Source: a bacterium
Lineage (GTDB): Bacteria > UBP14 > UBA6098
Length of the DNA stretch: 46,522 bases
Direction of reading: 5' to 3'
Assembly (NCBI GenBank): GCA_003645085.1
Contig: QNEE01000002.1
Span: 1-46,522, forward strand
Within the stretch, counting starts at the first letter, position 1, and the number at the start of each line of letters is the position of its first letter. The notes under the pieces are model-generated. The model had not been told where the DNA came from. It ran no database searches and saw only the letters and a list, made by a program, of their open reading frames with translations. Made by a program: the position numbers and the translations under genes. Shown one piece after another: positions 46,271 to 46,522 of the stretch.

Positions 46271-46522
46271 TTAATCGCCCTTTTCCGGTCCGTGAATTTC
46301 CTTTTTGTCTAATTCCCTCAGTTTCTCGAATAGTCTTTTCTCTTCCTTAGAAATGTGAGTCGGGGTTACGACCCGAACCGTAATAATAAATTCTCCTCTA
46401 CGGTTGCTATCGAGTTGGGGCATACCGAGTTTTTTAAGGTCGAATCGTGTGCCGGTTTGCGTCCCCGGCGGTATTTTAAGTTTTTCCGGTTCGCCGTCGA
46501 TAGTGGGGATTTTCACCGTATC
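46271..46522 (-). CDS. dnaJ: Chaperone DnaJ, C-terminal part (5'-truncated by the window edge)
   Basis: KIPTIDG...KIPPGTQTG...GMP...RG...V.VVTP..IS.EEK.LF. Confidence 0.88.
   Translation of the reverse strand, partial: DTVKIPTIDGEPEKLKIPPGTQTGTRFDLKKLGMPQLDSNRRGEFIITVRVVTPTHISKEEKRLFEKLRELDKKEIHGPEKGD

Noticed and set aside
1-46522. tRNA, rRNA, transposase or phage genes
   Set aside because: No cloverleaf, rRNA-like tract or DDE/HUH/integrase motif was recognised by eye; a tRNAscan/Infernal/ISfinder run would be the decisive check.

Overview
Bacterial chromosomal window, probably from an anaerobic Gram-negative lineage in or near the FCB group (inferred from a Por/T9SS-type C-terminal sorting domain, TonB-dependent receptors and an Mla system; not verifiable here). 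Contents from left to right: (1) 1-7618, the end of a Mo-hydroxylase/ssnA/ygeY purine-catabolism operon with an allantoinase-like amidohydrolase and an unusual DHODH/PreA-like Fe-S flavoprotein. (2) About 7620-11700, an accessory island of three similarly built units (sigma70 promoter, short related leader ORF, cargo genes whose last stop sits in AATGAC). The cargo is hicB-hicA, an antitoxin plus frameshifted relE, and a PD-(D/E)xK nuclease-like gene plus a secreted 7-repeat propeller protein. The third unit has a G9 tract, hairpin and terminator leader that looks like a slippage-controlled attenuator, and a stack of small repeat families follows it. (3) hslU, ABC transporters, mlaEFD, a TonB-receptor remnant, outer-membrane/secreted hypotheticals, ktrA, a CDP-alcohol phosphatidyltransferase and recN. 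(4) ktrB and a second ktrA, separated by an AT-rich decayed MvaI-like restriction-modification island that keeps one intact NucS-like/winged-helix gene. (5) A ferredoxin-fused geranylgeranyl reductase, rpsT, ytfJ/DUF2953, an orphan GspG-like pilin, a TonB-dependent receptor, lipoproteins, the yceD-rpmF-plsX-fabH-fabD operon and the 3' end of dnaJ. I saw no rRNA, tRNA, CRISPR array, integrase or transposase. All family calls come from motif recognition by eye; no database searches were run.
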